From Cyanophora paradoxa CCMP329 (lineage: Eukaryota > Plantae > Glaucophyta), in the NCBI GenBank assembly GCA_004431415.1, contig QPMI01000064.1:62001-126000 (forward strand): a DNA stretch of 64,000 bases. The letters run 5' to 3'. Shown here piece after piece: positions 30,738 through 44,033 of this stretch. The position numbers were made by a program, and so were the translations under genes. The notes under the pieces are model-generated. The model made no database searches. It saw only the letters and a program-made list of their open reading frames with translations, and had not been told where the DNA came from. How positions within the stretch are numbered: the first letter of the stretch is position 1; each line of letters begins with the position of its first letter.

Positions 30738-33700
30738 CGAGGGATCGACAGCCGGAACCGAGCCCGGAAGCCGCCCATCCTCTGAGCCGTCCGAAGGTTC
30801 GCGGCCACCCGCTCCCCGCCGCGCCGGGCCTCACAGTCTCGCAGCCCCCCGGTGCTGCCTGGACCTACCACCGGCGCCCAAGCGCCCTTGCTGCCGAAAC
30901 AAGGCTACGGAGGAGGACGAGAAAGGGAGCGATAGCGCAATGGCACCGGAGCGAGCCGCTTCAGAAGCGAAAAGCTGGAGCGCGCCCCCTAGCGCGAGCA
31001 GCAGCGGCGGCAGCGCCGGCCGCAAAGACGGGTGAGCCCAGGCCCCGACGCGCAGCGCTGGCGCCGCCCATCTCACTCACTCTCCGCGTCCCCTGCAGAG
31101 AGAGCAAGGGGGCTCGGAGCAAAGCAGAGAGCAGCGCCAGCGCGGGCCGCAAAGAGGGGTGAGCGAGCGCCCGAGAGCCCGCCGCGCGCAGCGCCGGCGC
31201 CGCCCGCCTTGCTTAACCTGTACCCTTCAGAGACGATAAGGATGCGCCGGACACAGGAACCGGCAGTGACGGCGCCGACGAGAAAGACGGGTGAGCACCG
31301 GCCGGTGGCGCGCGCGGCGCTCGCGACGCACCCGATGCTCATTCGCCTCGACCTCCGCAGAGACGAGAAGGATGCTCCGGACACGGGAGCCGGCAGCGAC
31401 GGCGCCGACGAGAAAGACGGGTACGCACTGCCCCAGGGCCCGGCGCGCGCGGCGCGCGCGGCGCCCGCCTCACTCACTCGCCGCGACCCCCTCAGAGACG
31501 AGAAGGATGCGCCGGACACGGGAGCCGGCAGCGACGGCGCCGACGAGAAAGACGGGTGCGCACCGGCCGGTGGCGCGCGCGCGGCGCTCGCGACGCACCC
31601 GATGCTCATTCGGCGCGTCCCCCTCAGAGACGAGAAGGATACGTCGGACGCCGACGGGAAAGACGGGTGAACACTGGCCCGAGGGCCCGGCGCGCGCCCC
31701 CTCTGATCGCCGCGCCTCGTCAGAGCGAAACCGACGGGGAAGGACACCGGAGCGCGGATCGAATCCGGCGCCTCGTCGCAAAGCGGGTCCGCCTGCGCCT
31801 GCGCCGGCGCCAGCGGCGCCCCCCGGCTTCCTTTTCCTCCTCTTCCCGCCGAGCTGAGCTGACGCCGGATCCGCTCCGCGCAGGGCCGAATCGGGCGGGG
31901 CGGGCGGCGATCCGAAGGGCGGCTCCCAGGAGGAGGAGGCGCCCGCGCCCGACCCCTGGAACCCAGAGGAGGACGAGGTGCTTAGTACCCCCCCTTCCCC
32001 CCACGCCGCCCATCCCCTACGCCGCCCATCCACCACGCCGCCTCTGCCCCCTCCTCCCCTCTCTTCCCCCCCCCCCCCCCCTCCCAACACGCACCAACGC
32101 TCCAGCCGAACACCCTCTCTTTCCCCCCCCCCCCCCCCCCCCCGCACCCCCCCCCCCCAGCCCCTAACGATCCAGCCGAACACCCTCCCCTTCCCTCCCC
32201 CCGTCCTCCCCCACCCACCCCCCCCCCCCCCCCCCCACCCCCACCCCCACCCCTCCTCCCCTCCAACGCTCCAGCCGAAACCCCCTGCCCCCCCTTCGCC
32301 CCCTGCTGCCCTCGCCACTCACGGGAAGCGCCGGCGCAGGTGGACCTGTCGCAGGAGGCGATGGCGGAGGCGGAGGCGGCGGCGGACGACGTCGCCGACT
32401 TCGAGGACCTCGGCCGCCCCGACGCCGGCAACGAGGACGCCGAGGAGGGCGCCGGCGCCGGCGCCGGCGCCGGCGGCTCGTCGGCCCAGGCTTCGGGCGG
32501 CTTCGGTGATCTCTCCGGCGCGGGGTACAGCGATCGGGCGGAGCCTCTGGCGAACGCGCCCTCCAGCAGCGGGTACGGCGGGTACGACGGCTTCAGCGCG
32601 GGGTACGGCGATTCGGCGCCGGCCAGCAGCGGCGACGGGACGGGGGCCTCGTGGTCGGCTGCGCAGCCTGCGTACGGCGCCGATGGCGGCTACAGCTTCG
32701 ACGCGGCACTGCCATCGTACGGCGGAGCAGCGGCCGCCCTGGGCGGCGGCTTTGGCAGCGGCGTCAGCGACGGCGACTTCATCGCGGGCGGCGGCGCATC
32801 TTACGGGTCAGCATCGTATGGCGGCGCGTCCGGCGGCGCCTACGATGCTGCAGGCGGAAGCAGCGGCGTCAGCATCGATGGTGGCGGCGGCGCGCTCTAC
32901 GGGGCGGCATCCTCCGGCGGCGCGTACAGCACCGCAGGCGGCAGCGGCAGAGGTGGCCTCACGAGCAGCAGCGGTGGGGTCGGCTTTGGTGACTCTGGCG
33001 GCAGCATTGGCGGCGGCAGCGCTTCATACGGTTCGGCATCGTATGGCGGCGCGTACGGCGCTGCAGGCGGCAGCGGCAGCAGCGGCTTCGGCGGCAGCAG
33101 CGTCGGCGGCTTTGGTGGCAGCGGCGGCAGTGTTTACGGTGGCAGCGCGTCGTACGGCGGCGGCAGCGGCGGCGACGCGTCCTACGGCTCGCCGTCGTAT
33201 GGCGGGCAGTCCTCCTCCCCCGGGTCCCTGTACCCCTCTTCCACTGCCGCTTCCGCGGCCCCTCGCGACCACGATCACAATTACCAGGCGGCTGGCGGCT
33301 CCCACGGCTCCTACGCCCCATCCGCCGCCTACGCCCCCTCTTCCTCCTCCTACGACCCCTCCTACGGCCTCTCGGCCTCCTACGACCCCTCATCCTATGG
33401 GTCCTCCGGCTCCTTCGGGGAGTCCGGCGCGGGCGACGGGTACGGATACAAGTCCGGCGGGTACGGATACAAGTCTGGCGGGTACGGCGCGACGGCGAAG
33501 GCGGCGGGAGCCAAGGCGGCAGTCAAGGCGGCGGGCGTGGCGAAGCTGGCGAAGACGATCTCCAAGCCGGCCGCCGCAAAGTCGTACGCCAAGTCGTACG
33601 CCAAGTCGTACGCCAAGTCGTACGCCAAGTCGTACGCCAAGACGGCGGCAAAGGCGGCCGCGGCCACGCTGGCGAAGCTGAAGGCGGCAAAGGCTGCAAC

Positions 33701-36700
33701 AGCCGCCAAGTCTTACGCCAAGGCGGCGTACAAGACGGCGTCCAAGGCGGCCAAGCTGGCTAAGCTGAAGGTGGCGAAACTGGTCTCCAAGACGCCTGTC
33801 AAGTCTTACGCCAAGTCTTACGCCAAGGCGGCATCCAAGGCGGCATCCAAGGCGGCCAAGCTGGCGGAGTTGAAGGTGGCGAAACTGATCTCCAAGACGC
33901 ATGTCAAGTCTTACGCCAAGTCTTACGCCAAGGCGGCATCCAAGGCGGCATCCAAGGCGGCCAAGCTGGCGAAGCTGAAGGTGGCGAAACTGATCTCCAA
34001 GACGCCTGTCAAGTCTTACGCCAAGTCTTACGCCAAGGCGGCATCCAAGGCGGCATCCAAGGCGGCCAAGCTGGCGAAGCTGAAGGTGGCGAAGCTGGTC
34101 TCCAAGACGCCTGTCAAGTCTTACGCCAAGGCGGCATCCAAGGCGGCATCCAAGGCGGCATCCAAGGCGGCCAAGCTGGCGAAGCTGAAGGTGGCGAAGG
34201 CGGCGGGAATCGCCAAGTCCTCTTCCAAGCCGATCAAGCAGGCGAAGCTGGCGCTGGCGAAGGCAAAGGCGGCGCTTCTCGGGGCCGATCACGACTCGGA
34301 CGACTTCGCCGCCCTGTTGAAGGGTTCGGCACCGGGCAAGGTCGGTTCATTCGCGCTCCGTTGCTTTCGTCAACTTTTCTGACTCTGCTTTGTCCTCTGG
34401 TCGCGCAGGCTGGTGGTGCGGGGAAGACGGCAGCGGCGTCGGCGTCGGCGTCGGCGTTGGCGGCGGCGTCGGCCGCGGCGGCGGCGGCGGCGCTCGGGGC
34501 CGACGACACGGCCAGCGAGCTGGCGGCGCTGCTGGAGGGCACCGCCGCCGCCAAGGCCGAGGTCGAGAAGGCGAAGGTAAACAGTCCCTCTCCGCTAAAC
34601 CGCGACGCGTCGGCTCCGACGGATCGCTCACGGCCGCTGCCCTCCAGAGCGCGCTCGCCGAGGCCAAGGCGGCTGCGCAAGTGGCCGTGGCGACGGCTGG
34701 CACCGGCGGCGAGAGCGGAAGCGGCGGCCCGTCCGAGGCGGGGGCGGCGGACCCGTCGAAGTGGCCGGCGCTGGCGGAGGACGTGCTGTCGCGGACCGTC
34801 GAGCACGGAGCGGCGTTCAAGGCCGCCGTGGCAGACGTCGAGCGGCTCGAACGCTCCCTGAAGGTGTGTGCCGGAAAATGATTTGAATATCTGCCGTTCC
34901 CATCGTGGATTCGCGTTGTTGACTGAACGCTTCTAGGCCGACGGGGATGACGCCGGCGCCAAGGGCGGTCCTTCGCTTTCCGGGGTGAGGAAACCGCTTC
35001 GCTCTTTTCTGAAATCGAATTCTGACTCGCGCCATCAGGGTCCGGGCGACGCGGACGTCGCCACCGACGCCGGCATCGCATCGCTCCTCTCCAAGAGCAT
35101 CGGGCTCTCCATCACCAGCGCCCTCTCCCAGTCCCTGAACCCGCTGGCCGCGACCCCCCCCGTCGACCTCGACGTCTCCTCCCTCCTGCCTTCGCTCCAG
35201 AGCGCTGGCGCTGGCGGCGGCGCCGCTGCCGCCGCCGGGCAGTCGGGCCCCCTCGCAGGCGACGTCGATGACGACGAGAACGACTTTGAAGAACAGTCCG
35301 ACGAGAAGTACCACCGCCACCGCCACCACCACGACCCGCCCTCCGCCTTGGGCGCGGCCCCTGTGGAGCCCGAGCCCGAGCACCCCCACGAGGACGACTT
35401 CGAGGAGGAGCGGGACCGCCACGACGTCGACCGCGCGCCCGCCGCTCAGGCATTTACTTCGAGTTCATGTAGCGCTACTTAAATTCGAGCCGCCCACGAT
35501 CACACTCACTCCCCGCCTGCAGGACGCCCACCACGAGGAGCTCCGCGACCACGCGTCGAGCGAGCTGCAGGCCCCCGCCGTCGACTTCCACGTGCGCCGT
35601 GTACATAGTCCTCGAACTGCTTCGTTGGCTGACGATGGGCCGGGGGCAGGACGGCGTCGCTGGGGCGGCGCGGGCGTCCCTCGAGAAGCTGTTGAAGGCG
35701 GAGCTCCCCGAGTCCAAGTCGGGGCCGGCGCAGCCGCCCGCCCCGGCGGACGACAACGACGACGACGACGACTTCGTAGAGGAGTCCGGGCGCGAGGTCC
35801 GTTCTCTCGTATCTTCCTCCTGGACTCCGCCGCGTGTTGCTGATTATTCGGCGATGGCAGCACAAGCCGCAGGCGGCGCCGTCGACTTCGGCCCCAGAGA
35901 CGCACGACGACTTCGAGGAGCACAAGGTTTGCGCCCGAATCCGCTTCAAATGAACGGTAGCTTTTGACGCCGGGGGCAGGACGACCACGTCCACGCGGGG
36001 GAGGCGCGCGCGACCCTCGATTCGAACCCGAAGGCCGAGCCCGCCGAGGCTCGGCCTGCGCCCGCCCCGTTGGACGCCGCCGACGACGACGACTTCTTCG
36101 AGGAGGAGGGCATCGAGGTCCGATCCGTTTTCTTGAATTTCCACCGGCCCCGCCCCGCTTCGCGCCGCTGATTCGAAATTCGGCGGCGGCAGAAGCCGCG
36201 GGCGATCGCGACGACCTCAGAGCCGCACGAGGACGAGCACCACAAGGTCCTTCTCTGTTCTCTTGTCGCTCGCCGTCGCTGCTGCACGGCGCTCACTCCG
36301 CGACCTCGAAGGAGCCGATGGCGGCGGCGGCGAATTCAGAGGCGCACGAGGTGGAAAGTTACCACAAGGACCACCACCACGACTTTGACGACGAGTACTC
36401 TCATGCGGTCCGCGCAGCTCTGCGTGACCTTGGCGGTGCATTCTCCTTCCTAACCTTTTCTTGCCGAGCAGACCGCCTGGAAGCCAGTCGTCAGCCGCGA
36501 GATCCGCCCCTCGCTCGCCCTCCGTGCATTAAACGTGCGATCCTCGGCTCTGCAACAGCGGCAGCGAACGCTCTTGCTCTTCCACGTTCTCCCGCTGACT
36601 CACTCACTCGCTCACTCACTCACTCGCTCAGACGCTGGCGAGGCTGCACAAGGAGGGGGCGGTGATCCCCGAGGGCACGACGCTCGAGGGCGACGAGACG

Positions 36701-39700
36701 TTCGCGTCCTTCAAGTCGCTCCCGGCGACGATGGCGATGGCGGCGGCCGATCGCTTCGAGCGCGGCCACGCCGACGACGGCGATTACGCCGAGGAGGCAC
36801 GCGGAGCTCGCCTTGCTTCGGGGTTTCCGACGGGCTGACCGACGCGTCGCAGGACGACCGCCGCGCCGGCGCGCACCACGACGACCGCCGCCACGAAGAG
36901 CCGCACGACGACCACCGTGCCGAGGAGCACAACAACAGCGATGCGGGCGTCGAGCGGCGCGACGCGCACCGCGAGGAGAAGAAGCACGCCGGCGTCGACG
37001 ACCACCACCATGACGACCATGACGACCACGGGCACGACCACGATCACGACCGGGGCCACCACGTGCGCGCCGCGCGGCTCGCTCCCCGCTGCCTCGGGCG
37101 GCGCGCGCCCCGTCCGACGCGACGCGGGCGGGCGCAGGACGAGGTCGATCCCGCACCGAAGCCCAAGCCCGAGGTCGCCAAGGCCAAGGCCAACAAGCCC
37201 GAGTCGAAGGCCGCCGCCAAGCCCGCCACGCCCGCCGTCGGCGACGACGACGAATTCGACTCCTACGACTTCGAGGCGAGCACAAGACAAAGTGTCAAGG
37301 CCCGAAGTATCTAACTAACTAAAATTGGGGCCGGCCCGCAGGAGGAGGCGGAGGACGACCTCCCGGAGAAGGAGCCGGAGTCCAAGAGCACCGTCGTCGG
37401 CGGCGACGGCGGCGAGGTGGATTTGGACCCCGTCTGGGACGCCCGCGAGCGTCTCGAGCTCGACAAGCAGGTGAGAGTCGGAAGATGAATAAGGAGTTAA
37501 GAATAAGCGCAACTGAGGCGTTTCTTCAGCTGGGCTCGCGCGAGTGGTCGGACATCGAGCGGGGCGTGCCGTCGGCGCGGGCGTGGGACGGCAAGGTCGG
37601 CTTCGGCACCCCGGTCCGCCCTCGTCCGAAATCTTGAAATTTGCACCGCGCGGATCGATCTGACGCTCGTGCTCGCCCGCCCGCCCGTCGTGATCAGGTC
37701 CGGGGCGCCGCGTTCGGGCGGGAGGCGGAGCGCGCGGCAGCGAGCGCGGAGCGCGACGTGGACGAGGCCAGCGAGGCGGCGAACGGCGTCGACCTCGCCT
37801 CCGACGCGGCCGCATCCGAGAGCCGCGAGTCGGCCCACGAGGCCGCCGAGAGGTCCCAGCCGACCTCCCGCTCTGTCCCATCATGTTGCTCACAGCCGCG
37901 GTTCCGACAGCGCGGCGGCGGCGGCGAAGGCGGGGGAGGCGGCGGCGGCGGACGCCGAGCGGGCGGTCAAGGACTCGGCCCACCACGCGCGAGACGTCGC
38001 GCGGGCGGCGGACAAGTGCGCCCCGGCCCTCCGCTGTCACTCGCCTCCCCCCTGCGGAGCTGCACTCCATGCTGGCGGCCAACGCTCACTAAAAAGCTTC
38101 TCACTGCGGCCGGTCGGCAGGACGGCCGACGTCGCGGCGCCGCCCCCCGAGGACGACGAGGACGACTTCGAGGAGGACGAAGGCCAGACCGAGGTCGTCA
38201 AGAAGGTCCGTCGAGAAACATGGGATAGAAAGAGCAGTTGAGGAGTGGGAGAGATATTAGATAGAAATAGTAGTTGAGGAGTGGGAGAAACATTGGATAG
38301 AAAGAGTAGTTGAGGAGTGGCCGGCGCCTACTCACTCGCCGACCGCCCGCCCGCCCGCCCGCGCAGATGGCGAAGGCGATGAAGGCGCTCGCGACGGTGG
38401 CGGCCGATGCGCGCGCCAAGCTCGCGGTGCGGCCCTCGGGAGGGGAGAAAGGAGGAGGGAAAGGAAGCGTTCTCTGACGCGCGGGCGGGCGGGGCCGCGG
38501 GGGCGCAGGAGGCGCGGGCCCGCGAGGCGGAGCACCACGGGAAGGGCGGAGAGCACAAGAGTGATCGCCACGACGGCGATCACCACGACGACAAGCACGA
38601 CGATCACCACGAGGATAAGCACGAGGATAAGCACGGCGATCAGAAGAAAGAGGAGAAGCACGAGGTCGGCCCCTTTGGCGTCCCCCAGCACGGCAGCCCG
38701 ACCCAATCTCACCGTCTCTTTCTCGCAGCTCGAAGACCGCCACGAGGACAAGCACGACGATCACCTCGACGATCACCACGAGGATAAGCACGAGGGCAAG
38801 CACGAGGATAAGAACAAGGCAAGTCGCTTTTGGACCCTTTCCTTGACTCGCGAGAGCTTGCTGGACACGACCCTCCCTCGTTCCGCAGAGCTCGAGCGAT
38901 CGCGGCCGCCACGAGAAGCACGACGACGATCACCATGACGATCACGATCACCACGAGAAGGAGCTCAAGGCAAGCGAGTCTCTTCGTCGCTCCCTTTGTA
39001 TGGCAAATCGCTTCACGCTGGCTGCTGAACCTTGTACCCCAGCGCGAAGATCGCCACGAGAAAGAGCGCAAGGTCGTGAAACGCGACGATGGCAACGAGG
39101 ATAAGATCAAGGCACGCTATTCGGTTCTTTTATTCCCTTTCATTCTGCTTTCTCGTAAGCTGACATGTACACCGCGCCGCCCGCAGTACCACGAGAAAGT
39201 GCACAAGGCGCTCTCCTCGATCCTCTCGAAGGCGTCCGAGCACATCAAGGAAACCCACCAGGAGGAGCTCAAGGTCCCCCCATTTCATTCTTTCGCATAT
39301 TTCCTAACTGGAAGCTCGCTGACTTTATCATCGAAGGACTCCAAGATCGTGGAGTCCGCGCGGCAAGAGGAGTCTAAGGCGCCTCAGGACAAGCCGACGG
39401 TGCGCGATTCCTTAGAGGAAGGAGGGGTACAGGCGGCGGGCGGCGCCCGAAGCGCGCTGACCGCTCGTTTCTTTTCGCGATCGCAGGCGCCCTGGACGTA
39501 CACGATCACGAAGGGGGTACAGCCCTCGCCGGCACTTAAGGCCCTCGGGAGCCTCCTCGCGTCCCGCGGGCAAAGCGACTCCCTGGCCCTCCGCGCCATC
39601 CAGGCGAGCCGTACCCCTCCCTCGTTCTTCCCCCCCCCCCCGACCCCCGCTTGACGCTGTACCCCCCTTCCAGAATCTGGAGGAGCACCACAAGGCGAAC

Positions 39701-42700
39701 CCGCCGGTCGTGGGCGAGACGCCCCTGGGTGCGCCGCTGCTTCCCCCCCTCCGACCCGCCCCGGCGGCGGCGAGCTCGAGAGTGAGAGACGCCCGTCCGC
39801 GCGCCCGCCCGCTGCTGCGCAGGCCCGCCCTTCGGACCCGGCGCGGACGGCGACGACGACGGCGACGCGAAGCCTGCGGGGCCTTCGAAGCCGCCGACCA
39901 AGGTCCGATTATATGTATAGCAGCAGCAACCGCGTTCTCTTCCTTCCCGCCTCGCTTGAGCTCGCTCGCACGCTCGCTCGCTCGAGCAGGAGGCGGTGGC
40001 GGCGGCGGTGGCCGCCCAGGGGACCAAGGACGGCGAGAAGAAGGTCGCGGAGCTGTTCCGCCTCTTCGCGAAGAAGCCGGCGCAGGACGAGAAGAAGGCC
40101 AAGGCGGCCGCCAAAGACAGCGGCGACAAGGCCAAAGCTGTCTCCAGCAAAGCAAGCGGCGGCGGCAGCGGAGAGAAGGCGGCCTCCAAGACGGCGACCA
40201 GCAGCAGCAAGGGCGGCAGCGACTCCAAGGCGTCCTCCAAAACGACAACAACAACTTCAGTCGAGAAGCACAAGGTCCGCTCTGCTCTGCTTCGTCCTTA
40301 TCCGATTTCTCGTGCGGAGCAGTGCTGAGTGGTCGGCCCCTCCCTCCCGGTTCGCGCAGGCCGCCACGGTCAAGCACGCCGCGAAGGCGGCTCACATGAG
40401 CACCGAGGCGAAGCTGGCGGCGCTCCTGGCTCAGCTGAAGCCTTCGTCCTCGTCCTCAGGTGAGCGGCCCCCATCCCCCCCTCCCGTTTGACCTGAGCGT
40501 CTGCCCGGCCCCGCAGCGGCGGCGGCGAAGCAGGCGGGCGGTCCGACGAAGATTACGGTGCGGCCCGTGCGGCTCCTGAAGGACCAGGCCTCCCAGGAGC
40601 GCGGGGACGGCGAGGAGGAGCAGGTGACCGCGTACCCCGCCCCCCCGTGACTCACGCCGTCGCCCCCCCCCCCGTGACTCACGCTGCGCCCGCCCCGCCG
40701 CAGCACCGGCAGGACGAGGCGCCGCCCCCGGAGGTGCCCGAGCCCGAGGCGGAGATGGACGGCGCTGCGCGGCCCGCCGCAGCCGCTCGCCTCGACTTTG
40801 ACTCGCCAGAGGGTACGCGTTTCGAATTTTTCGAAAATTCAATCCAATTTCTTCGAGTGTTCGCTCACGCGGACGCCCGCAGTGCCGCCCTTCGGCGGCG
40901 TCGGGGGCGATCTCGACGACGAGGATCTGATCCCCGAAGGCACGCGCTCGAATCCGGCCGGGAGGTTTATCCGTTCTGGGCCTCTGACCGCCCCGCCCCG
41001 CCCCGCCCCGCCCCGCCCCGCGCAGGGATCCGCGTCGGACGCGTCGCCTCCCGCGTCCACAGGTACCACGCGCCGAGACACGCCCGAGGTCCTCCATCCC
41101 CCCCCCCCCCCCCCCCCCCTCGTTCGAACCTCACCCGCAACGCAGTACCCCTCCACGACGATCTCGACGATCTCGACGATCTCGACGGGGACGGGGGCGG
41201 CGGGTTCCGCCCCGGCCAGCAGCAGCTGCTCCGCTTCCGCCACCACCACAGCCACCACTCCGCCCTCGGTGCTTGCTTGCTTTGGTTTCTGCCTGCCTTT
41301 CCCGCCCGCCCGCCCGCCCGCCTAGCTCCGCTCTGCTCCGCCCTGACGACGACGCGCCCCTCCTCCTCCTCGCGGCAGACGACGCGCGGGTGGACCGGGA
41401 GATCGCGCAGTACGAGAAGTACCATGTCAGGGCCCCCCGCTTCCACGACATCCTCCGGTGCTCAAGAACCTTATGCTTAGAGTTCGGGTCGGGCCCGCGC
41501 GGGGCGGGCGCTGACGGGCGACCGACCGCGGGCAGGCGGTACTGGTCCAAGGGCCACCACGACGACGGGCCCGTCGAGTCCCGCGACAAGTGGAGCCACG
41601 AGGAGAGCGCCGAGCTCCGCCACGCGGTACCCCCCCTTTGGCTTCAGCTTTGGTCTTCTTCTTCTTCTTCTTAGCTTTGGGCCGGGCAGCTGCGGGCGGC
41701 CTCGCGCGGGGCCCTCGCCCTTCGGGATCGCCTCGGCGCCGACGACGCCCGCGATGCGGCGGCCGAGGCCGCCGAGGCGTCGAAGGAGGCGGCCCAGGCC
41801 CAGGCCGAGTACAGGGCGGCGCTGGCCGAGGAGGCGGAGGAGGCGGCGGCGGCGGCCAGGGCCCGAGCCGAGGCCGAGGCCGAGGCTCGGGCGCGGGCCG
41901 AAGCGGAAGCAGAGGCGGCCGAGGCTCGGGCGCGGGCCGAAGCGGAAGCAGAGGCGGCGGCGGCGAAGGAGAAAGAGGAGGAAGAGGCGGTGCGTCCGGC
42001 CCTCTCGCCCTTTCTGTGCCGCCCCTTTCTGAGCGCAGGCCTCTCTCTCTTTCTCTCTCGCGCGCGCAGAGGAGGAGAAAGAAGGCGGCGAGGAAGAAGA
42101 AGAAGAAGAAGAGCAAGAAGAAGAGTAAGAAGAAGAGCAAGAAGAAGGCGAAGAAGAAGGCGAAAAAGAAGGCGAAGAAGAAGGCGAAAAAGAAGGCCAA
42201 GAAGAAGATAAAGAAGATGAAGAAGAAGGTGAAGAAGCTCAAGCTGAAGAAGAAGATGAAGAAGATAAAGAAGGCCAAGCTCAAGCCCAAGAAGGCGGTA
42301 TCCCAGGACGACGGTGCATCGCTTTCTGTCCTCCCTACCCTTCTTTCCTTCCTTAGAGCCGAGCGATATGTTCGAGCACTTACTTACTCCGCGCTCTATC
42401 GAGCTGGTAGCTGCGCGCCCCCCCTCTCGCTCACGCGGGCCCGCGGCAGACGACGACGACGACAACAACGACGCGGGGCGGAAGAACTCGAAGAAGTCCA
42501 AGGTCAAGAAGTCCAAGATCAAGAAGCCCAAGTTCAAGAAGACCACCAAGGCAAAGAAGACCACCACCAAGGTCGGGAAGCTCAAGGGCGGCAAGGGCGC
42601 GGTGGCGGCCGTCAGCGACGGCGACGACGACGGAGGCGGCAAGGGCGCGGCCAAGGCCGCCAAGCCTGCCAAGCCTGCCCTGCCGCCGCCCCCGGTCTGC

Positions 42701-43299
42701 GGGCCCGGCGACGAGCCGCCCACGGACAAGACCTGGGTCGACCCCGACCCCCCGCCCCCGCCCCCGCCCAAAACGGAGGTCTACCTCGCCCAACTCGACT
42801 CCGGTACCCCGGTGCGCACCTTCCCCCCCCCCCGCCTCTTTTTTTGCTGACGCCCGTGGGGCCAGGCCGCCTCCGAGCCCGGCCTCGGTGCGTCCGCGAG
42901 ATTTCCGTACCCCCTCGGCGCCCTCTTACCCCCCCCCCCTCCTGCAGGCATCTCTGGAATCATGGACAAGTACGCAACGGCGGAGTCGGAGCCCGCGGCT
43001 TCCTCCCAGGAGGTGTACTCTGCCTTTTCGGAGGCGCTGGCGCCCTCCCCCGCCGGCTGGGCCTACTCCCCCCTGGCGGACGAAGGTTCGAATCCGGGCG
43101 GGTCCGAGCTGTCCGAGGACGTACCCGCGGAGGGGTACGAGGGCGTGGTCCACGAACCCGGGTACCCCGGCGCCTCGGTGCGGCCGTACCCCCCTCTTCT
43201 CCTCTCCTGGGCGCCACTTACCCCCCCCCCCCCCCCCGACAGGAGGCGCCCCCTTTCAACTCCTCTAGTTACGGGGACGGGCAGATGGAGATGTACTAG
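30738..43299 (+). CDS. Very large multi-exon low-complexity protein with G/S/Y, K/A/Y, D/E/H and poly-K blocks; 5' end uncertain
   Basis: Continuous chain of consistent splice junctions; 2-kb exon at 32340-34340; final exon ...YGDGQMEMY* ends at 43299. No convincing start or signal peptide found. Confidence 0.65.
31231..31666 (+). repeat. Tandem exon-intron duplications (~130-135 bp period)
   Basis: Exons 31231-31290, 31361-31420 and 31496-31555 (60 nt, DEKDAPDTGAGSDGADEKDG-like) plus 31628-31666 (39 nt), with similar introns. Confidence 0.85.
33577..34200 (+). repeat. Coding tandem repeats: (KSYA)n 12-bp units and ~120-bp KAASKAAKLAKLKVAKLISKTPVKSYAKSYA units
   Basis: aagtcgtacgcc x5, followed by about 3.5 near-identical 120-bp units. 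Confidence 0.9.
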
Positions 43300-44033
43300 T
43301 GCGCATTTCCCGCATCGATCCCGCAACAGTTAGATAGGATCAGTTAGCTATAGATTTCTCCCCGAGTAGTACTTTGGTCCTCGTGGACAGTGTCCTACGG
43401 TATTCTTTGAAATCTCGCTAGCCTCGTCTCGCACTGCGGCATGCGCAAGGCCCAGAACGCCGCACGTGCGCGTGCAGGCGTTTTGGAGTCCAGCCCCGAG
43501 TTCCCGGCCTGCATGGCCCGAGCGCGAGCTTGCGGCCGGCGCTCCGCCGAAATCGAACTTCGGAATGGGAATTCGGAGCGCGCGCGCGCGCGTCGACGTC
43601 GATGGTGCTGTGGCATCGACATCAATTTTGCATGCGCAAAGGCCGGCGCCGCACCCGAGCGCCAGCGCCTGCGCACACCAGCGCCGCGGCGGCCCCGGCC
43701 GGCCGCTGCGCACACGTGCACGTGCACCAGCGCCGCGCCGCGGCGGCCGGCCAGCGCCGGCTCGTTCACGTCACGCGGTCGAGTGTGGCACATTGAGCTG
43801 CAACTTCCTGCAAGCGGAATAGCGCTCTATAGCTAGATCTTGTGCGTGTGCGCACTTAAGCTTGTACACCTTTGCATGCCGCTTCGAGCGAACTGTACCC
43901 CGGCCCCTGCACTGGACCACTGGTGCCACTGGCCCCAATTTGCGGCGGCAGCGCACCCCGGCAGTGTCGCATTCTCGAACTGCAGCTGGTATCGCTCTTG
44001 CGCAGCAGCTAGTTGTGCCTGCAGCGCCGTCGG

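Noticed and set aside
31978-34292. Alternative-frame ORFs (567 aa on +, 300 aa on -) over the big exon
   Set aside because: Shadow frames of the G/S/Y and K/A repeat exon
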